From the NCBI GenBank assembly GCA_001029695.1, contig CP011211.1:540001-572000 (forward strand): a stretch of 32,000 bases of DNA, written 5' to 3'. Shown one piece after another: positions 31,756 to 32,000 of this stretch (the stretch's first letter is position 1; each line of letters opens with the position of its first letter). The notes beneath the pieces are model-generated. The model made no database searches, was not told the DNA's origin, and saw nothing but the letters and a program-made list of their open reading frames with translations. Source of the stretch: Candidatus Saccharimonadota bacterium. GTDB lineage: Bacteria > Patescibacteriota > Saccharimonadia > Saccharimonadales > Saccharimonadaceae. Both the position numbers and the translations under genes were made by a program.

Positions 31756-32000
31756 TTATAGCGTATCGCTATCTTTGTCTTGATGCTTCGGAAGTCCGAC
31801 AAACGCAATGATCGAGCAAGTAAAAATAATCCCTGCCGCGACAAGCGACGCCGTAGAAAGGCCGTCCATCCATGCATCTTTTGCGGCAATCGTCACCGTG
31901 TCAGTCAGCGGACCCAGCTGTCCTGCGACTTGCAGCGCCACTGCGAGTGAACTCTCAAGACCGTCTTTCACCGCTCCGCTAAATGCGCTCGCCGTCTCTG
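31756..32000 (-). CDS. C-terminal end of a membrane transporter (probably MFS), partial
   Basis: The frame is open to the window edge. It ends with TM helix LVAAGIIFTCSIIAFVGLP followed by a polar tail, resembling the C-terminus of the DHA2 pump at 17755-19443. Confidence 0.5.
   Translation of the reverse strand, partial: ETASAFSGAVKDGLESSLAVALQVAGQLGPLTDTVTIAAKDAWMDGLSTASLVAAGIIFTCSIIAFVGLPKHQDKDSDTL

Noticed and set aside
1-32000. tRNA, rRNA, tmRNA, RNase P or SRP RNA genes, CRISPR arrays, IS elements
   Set aside because: Every intergenic region is under 360 bp. None contains T-loop (GGTTCGAATCC-like) motifs, an RNase P GAGGAAAGTCC motif, spaced direct repeats or transposase fragments.

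Overview
This is a densely coded 32-kb bacterial chromosomal segment with about 45 CDS. GC looks low to mid 40s percent, judged only from spot counts of a few lines. I found no rRNA, tRNA, CRISPR array, transposase, integrase or phage gene.

The left two thirds mix housekeeping genes with stress-protection and transport genes. The housekeeping genes are a MurC-like ligase, trmB, tsaC, aspS and a MutY-like glycosylase. The stress and transport genes include MscS, MsrA, GlsB/YeaQ, an MBL hydrolase, DUF948-YtxH, DsbA-like, CorA, two MFS pumps (one translationally coupled to an AbrB-type regulator), a Crp/Fnr regulator, a CHASE histidine kinase with a stand-alone receiver, and Hsp20. Several small membrane, secreted or unknown proteins are interspersed.

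The right third holds the clearest system: a six-gene, fully translationally coupled carotenoid operon, crtE-crtB-crtI-crtYe-crtYf-crtEb (23615-28490). Its small split cyclase and UbiA-type lycopene elongase match the actinobacterial C50 (decaprenoxanthin-type) blueprint. Behind it, on the opposite strand, lie three VOC/glyoxalase-fold genes and an overlapping pair encoding an LLM oxidoreductase and an F420-reductase-like protein.

Three regulatory signals stand out:
- At least 12 genes carry a TANNNT box 6-8 nt upstream of the ATG with no Shine-Dalgarno (SD) motif, which suggests leaderless mRNAs. Two divergent gene pairs have overlapping -10 boxes in 21- and 24-bp intergenic regions.
- Two TGTGA-N6-TCACA-type boxes each sit exactly 21 nt upstream of a TAnAnT hexamer (class II, -41.5 geometry). 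One faces the DUF948-YtxH operon. The other lies between the crp/fnr gene and a divergent 60-codon ORF.
- A near-consensus promoter for hsp20 is overlaid by a HAIR-like inverted repeat.

Taxon cannot be fixed from the window. The gene content resembles a reduced monoderm or Patescibacteria-like genome that carries several actinobacterial-style traits.
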